Virus record (IMG/VR): IMGVR_UViG_3300028146_000001
Span: 1,381 to 65,380 of that record
Length of the DNA stretch: 64,000 nucleotides
Strand: one strand, 5' to 3'
DNA from: a virus
Lineage: Duplodnaviria > Caudoviricetes
Under the pieces are notes generated by a model. It worked only from the letters and a program-made list of their open reading frames with translations. It searched no databases and was not told where the DNA came from. Shown piece by piece: positions 8,908 to 17,414 of the stretch (positions are counted from its first letter, which is position 1; every line of letters starts with the position of its first letter). A program made the position numbers and the translations under genes.

Positions 8908-9562
8908 AGTTTGCGATTTCCCCCGATGCGGCAGGCCAAAGCACGCTTACGGTCTATGCGTCGGTCACGTCTACCAGCGAAGCGCCGGAATAGAGCTTCA
9001 CCCGATCCGCAAGAAGAAGATTCCGCTAGGGGCCGTTTGCACGTTTGAGGGATGCGGTAGAAAACAACACTCAAAAGGATTGTGCATCGGTCACGTCGCA
9101 CAACGACGAACTGGTAAGGCTCTATCGCCACTCAAAGAAAAGAAAATCCGCGACGGTGGATGGCAAGAAACTCCATGCAAATCTGAAAAATATCCCGACC
9201 TGAACTTGATTCATGAGGTAATGTTTGATTGGATCATCGACTTTTTTCTGTACCAAGGCGTAATGCCGTCAATCGAGGAAGTGTCGGTTGCTATGGGATG
9301 CCAAGAGACGAGTCAGGCACGCGACATAGTAAACCGGCTTTTCAGACTGCGATACCTTACTCCACATGGAAGTAGAAAAGAGGGAGCGATCAAGGCATTC
9401 GGGACCAAATACAAACAGCCGATCATGCGAGTTCTGTTCGAGAAAATATATTTCGGCCCGATGCCGAGACGGTTGACCGCGAAACAGGCTATGCAGATCG
9501 GGAGCGACTTGTACTACCTTGGGAAAGAATTACACAGGAGGCAGTATCGTGGCAACAGCTAA
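8882..9562 (+). CDS. tandem CxxxxC..GLC..H Zn repeats fused to a LexA-like winged helix
   Basis: Two C-x4-C-GR...GLC.GHV.QR repeats; WIIDF..YQGVMPSIEEVSVAMG....ARDIVNRL. Confidence 0.65.
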   Translation: MARKSPQLEVCDFPRCGRPKHAYGLCVGHVYQRSAGIELHPIRKKKIPLGAVCTFEGCGRKQHSKGLCIGHVAQRRTGKALSPLKEKKIRDGGWQETPCKSEKYPDLNLIHEVMFDWIIDFFLYQGVMPSIEEVSVAMGCQETSQARDIVNRLFRLRYLTPHGSRKEGAIKAFGTKYKQPIMRVLFEKIYFGPMPRRLTAKQAMQIGSDLYYLGKELHRRQYRGNS

Positions 9563-9989
9563 ACCGGAGATGAAAATGGACTGCGTTTTGAAACAAGCCG
9601 TTGACCGGATTCGTAAAGTCGATGCCGCCGCAAACTGGCAGGCTGTCACCGACCTTTACCCGAACGAATACCTTACTGATGGCGACGACGGCGTTACCGC
9701 AGGTATCGACTCTGATTGCAGCTTAATAAAGACGGCTTACATGGCCGAACATCCAGCCGATGACGATGAACTTGCCGGTAAAGCATGGCTTGTGAAGTCC
9801 GGTTTTGAACCCGATCCAACGCGAAGCACTTACGGATTCGTGCTTGGTTGCGTGCTTGTGACGTTCACAGGAACTTCTTTTCTTCACGTCGAGTTAAGGG
9901 AAGATACGTTCGACGTTACGCGAACGCCAACACGCGGCGACGTTCGCCGTCTTTGCAAGGAATTGAGAATTGACACGTTCAAAGGATAA
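9549..9989 (+). CDS. hypothetical protein
   Basis: AGGAGG before GTG 9549; converges on the late operon. Confidence 0.55.
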   Translation: MATAKPEMKMDCVLKQAVDRIRKVDAAANWQAVTDLYPNEYLTDGDDGVTAGIDSDCSLIKTAYMAEHPADDDELAGKAWLVKSGFEPDPTRSTYGFVLGCVLVTFTGTSFLHVELREDTFDVTRTPTRGDVRRLCKELRIDTFKG

Positions 9990-12900
9990 TCACTTCGGAA
10001 GTTTATTGTGTTGCGCCTGTTGATACAGAGTCAGCAGCGCCAACTCCTCTTGACTGAGTTGCCCGCGATTCGCTTGCGGAACATAAACATCGGTAAAGCT
10101 GCGAACCGCTGGATTTCTCCGCAGCAAGTTCTCCGCGAACTGTTCGACCGCGACCCGCCGAGCCTGTTCAGGATTCACGTTCGTAGTCCGTGCGCCAAGA
10201 AGCAGCCGCAGCGCGGACGGTATTCCCTGATCGACCGGATTCGCCAAGCCTTGATACGCCGTCTGACCCGACGTGACCGCGCGAGCAAGCGGAGAGGCGT
10301 TCAACAACTGGTTTCCCAATGTCCCGACCGGAAGCGGATAATTGGAAGGAAGTTCTTGCAAGTTGTACGATGACCGACCCATCGCAGTTTCAATCGGCAG
10401 GCGAAGAAGCGGATTCAACTGACTCAGCGCTCCACGGGCGGGACTAATCAGATTCGTCAAGTCTTCTTGAGGCAGACCGACCGTGTTTAGATAGCGTTGC
10501 TTTCCGTCCTCAGTCTGACCGGCAGGGATCGCGTACCCGCTTCTCGTTACATCCTCTGGGACCATTTGATTGTGACCTTGCATCTCGTTCATGAGTCGCA
10601 TGGTCTGTGCCATCCGTCCACCTGGATTCGTGGCGATTTCTCCGACCATTTGCGGCATCGACTGTCTGGTATAACTGTAGAAAGGCATGATCCGGCGCAT
10701 CACGTCCCGCTCGAAATTCGATAAGTTCCCAAAATCATAGTGTGCCTCGATCACCTTCTTGTAAGCCGCAAGCGGATTAAACCCGCGCTCGCTGGCGTCG
10801 ATGTACGTTGCCAACCGCTGTAGCTCCTCAAGGTGATTCTGCGTCGTCTGCATTACGCCGGTCGGCAGGAACTTGCTTTCGGTGTTCCCTGCCACGCCAC
10901 GGACGTTCAAGGGGTTGCTCCGACTCTCCCAAGAAAACGGGTTTAGGTCCGCCGCCGTGGGGATGTGCTTAGAAAGTGATTCGCCCAGGCCGAGCGGCTT
11001 TGCTCCAATCACCGGCTGATCGTGTGTGACCGTCCGCAGAAGCGGATTTTGCCCCGCCGCTTCGACCGCTTGATACTTCTTCGTGTCCATCAAGTTCGTT
11101 TGATAAATCTCCCGCCATAGTTGCTTGGTCGCTTCTTCGTCGGTCATGCCACGGAAACGCGGGATACGGTCGGCAATGCCTTCGAGTGTTCCACCGGCCC
11201 GCAGTTCTTGAGCCTTGGCAAGAGGAGAGAAAGCCGACCCGCCTCCCGTAAACCGCTTGTAGGCGTCCGAGAGCGTGTTGCGCATCACCGTTGCCGGATA
11301 CGAAGTCTGTCCCGCTTTGGTCAAGTTGGTTATCGAATCGAGCGCTGATAGGATCGGCTTCAATCCTTCGGGAGCCTTGGCATCGGACGGCTTCAAGAAT
11401 CCCATCAACTTTGCCGCGTTCTTTTCTGATACGGTAAGTTCGCCGAGTTCCTTAACTCCGATAGCTTCCGCAGCGAGAACGGGATTCAAGCCAACCTTCT
11501 CGACTAGATCGGCAACAGGCACAGAGCCTACCGTGGGAGTTCTTTCGACAATCTTTGGCAGCAGATTGAAAGCTGATTCAGCGGCCCCTCGACGGCCAGC
11601 TTCGGTAAGCCCCTTGTGTTCCAGCATGGCGAGTGGGTGATGACCGAACCATCCACCGGATTCCTGGATAGATGGAATGTCAAGATTCTTGTGCCAACTG
11701 GCCAGCCCTTCGGCTTGCTTGAATTTGTCATCCAAGAATTTGAAACGGTCGGCCATTTCAGCGCGAGACATAGGCTCCAAGGATTTAATCGCACCGGATT
11801 CTTTTGGCGACATCACCCAGACGAGAGAGGTTTTCTTGCCATTGTTTATGTCGGCCTGCACGCGATGATGACCGTCTACAATGTCGTAGCCGCCGTCCTT
11901 GTTCATCTCAACAAACGGCCGATCTTTCTGGTAGCTTTGCTGGTACTTGGCAATTACTTCGTCATGCTTGGCGGCTGGGCTAAGTTCGGAGATCGGCACT
12001 TCTTTCAACTCGTACATATTTTTGTCAGCGCCACGCCCGCTTACCTTTGCCCCGACCGGATAAGTTCCTTCCTCTCCTATCAAGGGAAATTGCCCAGCAG
12101 GTTTGGCTTCGCTTGCCGACGCTGCAACGCGAAGATTGTCCAACTCGCGGAGATTCTTTTTGTACGCTGCATTGGCCGCTTTAACTTCCATCTCGCCCGC
12201 CGCAATTGCTTGCGGATCGGGATTAACAAATTCAGTTTTCAATCGGCGAAGATTTGCCTTTGCAGTATCGAGACGGTTGTAAGCGGCGTTCGCCTCTGTC
12301 TCTCCTATCGTGGCCAGTTCCCTTGCCGTCTTCGGAGCCTCAGCAGTCGCGACCTTATTCAAACTACCAACCGCTTCGCTTTCTACCTTGATCCGGTCTA
12401 GCTGACTCTTGAGTGCCTTGTGGGTTGCTTCGTCTTCCGCCGTCATGCCAAGGACGTTCTCCCTAATCCACTTGGCGGCAGCATCCGGCTTCATGTCCTG
12501 CAACTCAGCCTTCTTGGATAACGAGTTTATGGACATTTGACCCGGCGCATCGCCTTCCGCGAATAGATTGCCCATCAGCTTGCCGCTTGCACCTTGTTCT
12601 TTCGGCAAGAAGTTCTCGACCTTGTTTTGCGTTGTTTGAAGGAATGCGTATCCCTTTGCGGTCTTCGCTTTGTCTGCAAGACCAGCCGCTATGTTCTTTT
12701 CGAGAATATCGGCGTATTGCTTGCGGGCCATTTCCGCCAACTGAACACCGCCGTCGCCGAGTTTTTCTTTGGCAGCGTTGAACACGGCCAACTGATCGGG
12801 ATGGATAGTTCCAGCTTCGACGAGCGGGGCGCGTTCGATGTAGTTCAATAACTCTGGACCCATCTTCCGGCTTGCTGCAACGTGTTCCGGCCCCCACGTT

Positions 12901-13829
12901 TTGCCAAGCTGATGCTCGATTAGATTCTGCGAAAATTCACCGATAGGAGTGTACGCTTTGCGAGCTTCGTTTGCCGCCGTCAAAGACCGTTCCGCATTAG
13001 CAATCGCTTCCGGCTGAAAGATCGGATCGGCAAACCCTGCCGCCTTGCGGTCGAACAAAGCCCGAGCGCCGCGAGCGATGGGAGATAGTTGATCGGACAA
13101 GAAATTGCCAACCGGAGCAGCCCCAGGAATCATTCCAACGGCGTTAGAAATGGCCCGCCCAGGTCCGGTAAGGTCGAAAGTCGTTCCAATGTCCGTGAAC
13201 GGGACGTGGAAGCCCAGATGGCCGCCCAGGCGTTGCCCAGCCACTTCCGCCGCCGACGTTGCTTTGCCGGTAAGCTGGGTAAGATGTTCAGCCAAAGCGG
13301 TTGCTTCGGGAGAACCAGCCGCTAAACCCGCTATACGCCCCGCTGTGCCACCGATGTTTTTAGGCAGGACATTAGCCATTTGCGCGGCTTTGCCGAGCTT
13401 GGTAAGCGAGCCAGCCCCCAAGGTGAGATAGGTAGCCGGATCGGTAAGAACGTCCAAACCGAACCCGCCGATGCCTTCCGGCGAGAAAAACGACGTATCC
13501 TTATTACCGCCAAGGAGATCGGACCCGTGAACCTCATTTTCAGGGTTGGTGATGCCCAACGTGTCGGAAAACGGGATGATCGAGGCAAGTTCTTCGGGAC
13601 GCCCGCCGAGCAGACCACGAATGGCCCGCCCGCCGAGTGCCTTGGACATGGACCCGCCGAGCCAACCGAGGCCATGCAGAGCGCCCGAGCCGATGCGCGA
13701 CAGGAGCGAGTCCTGTTCTTCGGGAGTCAATGGAGAAACGGCAGTTGGCCGAGGAGCAGGCGTACCGGCTCCAAACGGATCGCCGAAAGGATTCGGCATC
13801 ACGAAAGGGTTGTCAAGTGGAAGTGCCAT
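9990..13829 (-). CDS. large ejection/polyvalent virion protein with an internal ParB/Srx-like domain
   Basis: 1279 aa, last late gene. DVLTDPATYL N-terminal motif; DIVDGHHRV; C-terminal HYDFGNLSNFERDVMRRIMPFYSY typical of large polyvalent proteins. Confidence 0.7.
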   Translation of the reverse strand: MALPLDNPFVMPNPFGDPFGAGTPAPRPTAVSPLTPEEQDSLLSRIGSGALHGLGWLGGSMSKALGGRAIRGLLGGRPEELASIIPFSDTLGITNPENEVHGSDLLGGNKDTSFFSPEGIGGFGLDVLTDPATYLTLGAGSLTKLGKAAQMANVLPKNIGGTAGRIAGLAAGSPEATALAEHLTQLTGKATSAAEVAGQRLGGHLGFHVPFTDIGTTFDLTGPGRAISNAVGMIPGAAPVGNFLSDQLSPIARGARALFDRKAAGFADPIFQPEAIANAERSLTAANEARKAYTPIGEFSQNLIEHQLGKTWGPEHVAASRKMGPELLNYIERAPLVEAGTIHPDQLAVFNAAKEKLGDGGVQLAEMARKQYADILEKNIAAGLADKAKTAKGYAFLQTTQNKVENFLPKEQGASGKLMGNLFAEGDAPGQMSINSLSKKAELQDMKPDAAAKWIRENVLGMTAEDEATHKALKSQLDRIKVESEAVGSLNKVATAEAPKTARELATIGETEANAAYNRLDTAKANLRRLKTEFVNPDPQAIAAGEMEVKAANAAYKKNLRELDNLRVAASASEAKPAGQFPLIGEEGTYPVGAKVSGRGADKNMYELKEVPISELSPAAKHDEVIAKYQQSYQKDRPFVEMNKDGGYDIVDGHHRVQADINNGKKTSLVWVMSPKESGAIKSLEPMSRAEMADRFKFLDDKFKQAEGLASWHKNLDIPSIQESGGWFGHHPLAMLEHKGLTEAGRRGAAESAFNLLPKIVERTPTVGSVPVADLVEKVGLNPVLAAEAIGVKELGELTVSEKNAAKLMGFLKPSDAKAPEGLKPILSALDSITNLTKAGQTSYPATVMRNTLSDAYKRFTGGGSAFSPLAKAQELRAGGTLEGIADRIPRFRGMTDEEATKQLWREIYQTNLMDTKKYQAVEAAGQNPLLRTVTHDQPVIGAKPLGLGESLSKHIPTAADLNPFSWESRSNPLNVRGVAGNTESKFLPTGVMQTTQNHLEELQRLATYIDASERGFNPLAAYKKVIEAHYDFGNLSNFERDVMRRIMPFYSYTRQSMPQMVGEIATNPGGRMAQTMRLMNEMQGHNQMVPEDVTRSGYAIPAGQTEDGKQRYLNTVGLPQEDLTNLISPARGALSQLNPLLRLPIETAMGRSSYNLQELPSNYPLPVGTLGNQLLNASPLARAVTSGQTAYQGLANPVDQGIPSALRLLLGARTTNVNPEQARRVAVEQFAENLLRRNPAVRSFTDVYVPQANRGQLSQEELALLTLYQQAQHNKLPK

Positions 13830-13832
13830 TGT

Positions 13833-15419
13833 TTATCTCGTCCCACGAACATCTCGAAGCCAATTCATCCCAGCAGCGCCGCCAGCGCCAAGAGGAGTAT
13901 AGCCAAGTATGCCCATGTTGGGGGATGGGCGATTGCCAGATATGCGGTTAAGCCGCTGAATTTGTCGAATCGTTTGCTGACGCTGAACGTCGGAGGAAAG
14001 AGGATTTCCCGTAATCGGATTTGTGAAATAGGTTTGATTTAGCCACGCATTCAACGCCTGTTGACCGCCAGGAACTTCTTCCGTAAGGCGGCTTTGAATC
14101 GCGGGGAAGTTGGCGCGAAGATGTTCGTCATTGGGGATCGCCGCCAAGATGTTCGTGATCGCATCCCCCGCCGTCGCTCCCTCAATCGGCATACGCTGGC
14201 CGGTCTGAGGATTGCGCGGGAAAGACGATAGGCCAGATTCAAACGCGGCATCAATCGCCGCTTGCGCATCGTTCATACTGGTTTGTTGCGGACGGGGAAC
14301 TTCACCGCGACCGACACCGGCAAGCGGATTGCCGCCGCCAGGACCGCGCGGACCCTGATTGCCCGTCAAGAATTGCGGAGGAGCCATGCCTTGCGACTGC
14401 AACTGCCGTACCCGCGTTTGGTGCGGAGTCCCAGGCGGGAAAGCGTTGTATGCCTGATTGTAAAACGAATCGTACCGAGCTTCCGGCCCGTACCGTTCAT
14501 TCTCCCGCGTCCGGTTCAGCGCATCGCTTGCCGCGTTCTGGACAGACCCAGGAACGATGTTGCCGTTGGCGTCTCGATAGCCGAGGCCAGCCGCGTTTTG
14601 CAGTTGAACACGACCAAGAATGTTCGTCCCAGGCACGCCCAATTCCTGAATGCCTTGCAACCGCTGTTCTTCCATTCGCCCGCCTTGTTGCAAGAGAGCC
14701 GGAAGCATTCGCTGGAATTGGTTGTTGACGCTCAACGGAGTATCCCACACCCGCCGCGACAATTCAGGGTGAGCATCCATGTATCGGTTATTGGCGTCGG
14801 CGTCGGCTTGTATTCTGGCGCGAACCGAGTCCAAGAAATTAGACTGCCGACCTTCCGCGTTATCCGGCAGAAGATCGAAGTTCGAGCCGTGCCGCAGCAT
14901 CATCCCCGCAGGAATCGGAGCGTGTTCCCATGTGCTAGGATCGCTGGCAGTCGGTTGACGATACCGCATGTAATTTCCAAGCGGAGTAGCGTTGCCTTGA
15001 GCGACAGGCGGGGAAGACCCTGGAAACCCAGGAAGCGGAACAGCGCCAAGCTGCATCGTCGCATTGGGATCACCTTGACCGAGAATGTTCGCCGCCACCA
15101 AAGGGGAAGCCGGATAGCGAGCGTCAAGTTCACGCGGGCCGACAGTCGAACCATCCCACGGGCGAGCAGTTGAAGTCGGAGCCGCTTCCCCCATTCCACG
15201 CGCGATCGGATTGGGACCGCCAACCAGACGTTCGCCGCCGAAACCGATGGGCGTACCTTCGCCTCTTGCAGCGGGAGCATTTGGACCAACAGGCGGATTC
15301 ATGGATCGTGGCGTGTTGATCCACTCTTGCATCCGTCGAGCTTCTTCAATCCGCTGGTCATTCGTGCCAAAGCGGGAAATGTTAAGTGGGTCGCTCAACC
15401 AATCGAGAGGTCCGGCCAT
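13833..15419 (-). CDS. putative internal virion (ejection) protein
   Basis: Gly/Pro/Gln-rich; lies between the small and large ejection-like genes. Confidence 0.55.
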   Translation of the reverse strand: MAGPLDWLSDPLNISRFGTNDQRIEEARRMQEWINTPRSMNPPVGPNAPAARGEGTPIGFGGERLVGGPNPIARGMGEAAPTSTARPWDGSTVGPRELDARYPASPLVAANILGQGDPNATMQLGAVPLPGFPGSSPPVAQGNATPLGNYMRYRQPTASDPSTWEHAPIPAGMMLRHGSNFDLLPDNAEGRQSNFLDSVRARIQADADANNRYMDAHPELSRRVWDTPLSVNNQFQRMLPALLQQGGRMEEQRLQGIQELGVPGTNILGRVQLQNAAGLGYRDANGNIVPGSVQNAASDALNRTRENERYGPEARYDSFYNQAYNAFPPGTPHQTRVRQLQSQGMAPPQFLTGNQGPRGPGGGNPLAGVGRGEVPRPQQTSMNDAQAAIDAAFESGLSSFPRNPQTGQRMPIEGATAGDAITNILAAIPNDEHLRANFPAIQSRLTEEVPGGQQALNAWLNQTYFTNPITGNPLSSDVQRQQTIRQIQRLNRISGNRPSPNMGILGYTPLGAGGAAGMNWLRDVRGTR

Positions 15420-15438
15420 GTTCTATCTCCGTGGCAAA

Positions 15439-16107
15439 TTACACTAAACCTGACAGCGCTCCGAGCAAACTACCGTAAGCTCCCCAAATTGGCGTCCTTC
15501 TTTGGATGTCCTCACGCTGCCGGTTCGCAAATTGAGTTTCGCGAGCGCCCTGGGTAGCCAAAAGATTTTGCGCGTTGCCAGTTGCCGCTTGAAGTCGGAT
15601 GTCACGTTCGTTCCCCGTGTTCGTCGCAAGGTTCGAGGCCATCGTCTGCCCGTGCAGCGCGGCCAAGAGCGGGGAGTTAGCGCCGAATCCCTGTCCTGCC
15701 GTCGTTGCCGTTTGGCCTTGCATTTGCGTTGCCGCCGACTGATCGTTTCCAGACCGAGCCGCGTTTACCTGTTGCTGGATTTGTTGCGGATTCAAAACGC
15801 CGCCCACGGTAATCTCAGGCGACATTCCCGACTGTCCCCCAGGCCGAGCCATATTGCTTTGCAGATTTCCCATCTGGCCAGTGAGCCAAGGGAAAATTGC
15901 ATTGAACCGCTGTTGCTTGAAGGCGTTCGCTTCCGTCGCCGGTTGAATGGCAATCTGCGCATCGGCCAATCCTTTGCCGCGAAGCTGCCGGTCGTATTCA
16001 TTCTTCGCGGTAAGATCGGGGTCAACCGAATAGTTCGTGCCGAAGTTGAGCGAGGTATTCCCGCCCATCGTTATGCCAGCGTTCGACCAAGGATTTGCAA
16101 CTGCCAT
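15439..16107 (-). CDS. putative small ejection protein
   Basis: Gln/Ala/Gly-rich with hydrophobic Gly-rich C-terminus (GSLLGALSGLV); GGGAGG RBS. Confidence 0.6.
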   Translation of the reverse strand: MAVANPWSNAGITMGGNTSLNFGTNYSVDPDLTAKNEYDRQLRGKGLADAQIAIQPATEANAFKQQRFNAIFPWLTGQMGNLQSNMARPGGQSGMSPEITVGGVLNPQQIQQQVNAARSGNDQSAATQMQGQTATTAGQGFGANSPLLAALHGQTMASNLATNTGNERDIRLQAATGNAQNLLATQGARETQFANRQREDIQRRTPIWGAYGSLLGALSGLV

Positions 16108-16127
16108 AGGAAACCTCCCTTTGGGGT

Positions 16128-16156
16128 ATTGTCGCGAGGACAGGGAGGATTGTCAA
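16128..16156 (-). promoter_or_regulatory. sigma70-type promoter for the ejection-protein genes
   Basis: TTGACA-17-GACAAT on the minus strand. Confidence 0.55.
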
Positions 16157-16164
16157 AGTGAAAA

Positions 16165-16887
16165 TCACGGGGCCGAATAAAGCCCGAAGATGCGAATGAA
16201 CTTCTCGGACGGATTCCAGTCCACCGGATACCCGATACCTCCGTAGGTATGAAACACCGATCCCCTCAAGTCGATGCTGCCAAACGCCAAGTAGTCTGGG
16301 TTGTTCAGCCACGACCGATCACCGGATACCGACGTTGTTGTAGTGAATGGCGCAAGATCATCGTCGGTCCAAGTTATCTCCTGAACAACTACTTTGACGA
16401 TGCCGCGCGGAATCTTCGGATACGTCCGCGTGTACATCGCCAAGTCTGAATAAACTTCAATGTGACCAAACGTAACACCTGCTTGCGGATTAGACCATTC
16501 CCAAAACGCGGAAGTAACCGCGTCCCCAGGCCCAGGGAAATAAGGCGAAGACCCAGCGGCAAGCGATGACGTACTGTAGGGGAACGCGCTAATCACCGAA
16601 TTTGCCGCATCAAAAAGAAGATACCCCATCGGGTAAATATCGCCGTCATAGGGAGGCGTGCCATCAGGGTAGACGTTGACTGACAATCGCTTTCCCTGTT
16701 CGGCAATGATCGAGTCGCCAGGAATGCTTGCGGGATTATTCGAGCCGCTTGAACAAAACAAATTTGGATCGAGAGCAAGAATTGCATCGCGAGCATTTCT
16801 TATCGTCTCGGTAAGACCGATCACACACCCAGGAAACATGAGCGTTGGATCGTAAGCGGTAATAACATCGGTGATAGATCGTGTCAT
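16165..16887 (-). CDS. virion structural protein, hypothetical
   Basis: Overlap coupling with the upstream gene in the tail module. Confidence 0.6.
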   Translation of the reverse strand: MTRSITDVITAYDPTLMFPGCVIGLTETIRNARDAILALDPNLFCSSGSNNPASIPGDSIIAEQGKRLSVNVYPDGTPPYDGDIYPMGYLLFDAANSVISAFPYSTSSLAAGSSPYFPGPGDAVTSAFWEWSNPQAGVTFGHIEVYSDLAMYTRTYPKIPRGIVKVVVQEITWTDDDLAPFTTTTSVSGDRSWLNNPDYLAFGSIDLRGSVFHTYGGIGYPVDWNPSEKFIRIFGLYSAP

Positions 16888-17414
16888 ACAAAAACCGGAA
16901 CTTGCATGGAATAGGAATTGCCGTTCTTCGTAACGATTGCCCACGTCCCAGCCGGAATCGTTTCCGACGAGTCGATTTGCAATTGCTCCACGTTTACCGT
17001 TATCGCTGCGCCAGCGCTGCCGTTCGGATAAACGGTGCAAAGGTAACTGCTACCGCCTCCCGACACAACTTGCCCAGGCATCGACGAGGACGACACCGAT
17101 TTCTTTGGGGGAGGCTGATTCTCCGCGTCGGACGTAAGTTCGCCCGTCGAAGGGTTGATCGAGATATTGAACACGTCGCCATTGCCACGGTTAAATCTGG
17201 CGAAAGGAACGGTTGCATCAGGCCCGAAGTCGGATAACTGTAGAGGAGCGGGAGCGCCGTTTCCGGTTGTGGCTTTGACTTGACCGGACGGGATTTCTTG
17301 GAATAGAGACGGGAGAAGCGCTACGATTTCCTGAGCGAATGAGTCCACGTCATCGCCCCACGGACCCCTGCCCATCAACCGGCCTAATTCGGATTGGTCT
17401 GTTTGAAGTGGCAT
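16884..17414 (-). CDS. virion structural protein, hypothetical
   Basis: TAATG coupling to the nozzle gene. Confidence 0.6.
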   Translation of the reverse strand: MPLQTDQSELGRLMGRGPWGDDVDSFAQEIVALLPSLFQEIPSGQVKATTGNGAPAPLQLSDFGPDATVPFARFNRGNGDVFNISINPSTGELTSDAENQPPPKKSVSSSSMPGQVVSGGGSSYLCTVYPNGSAGAAITVNVEQLQIDSSETIPAGTWAIVTKNGNSYSMQVPVFV

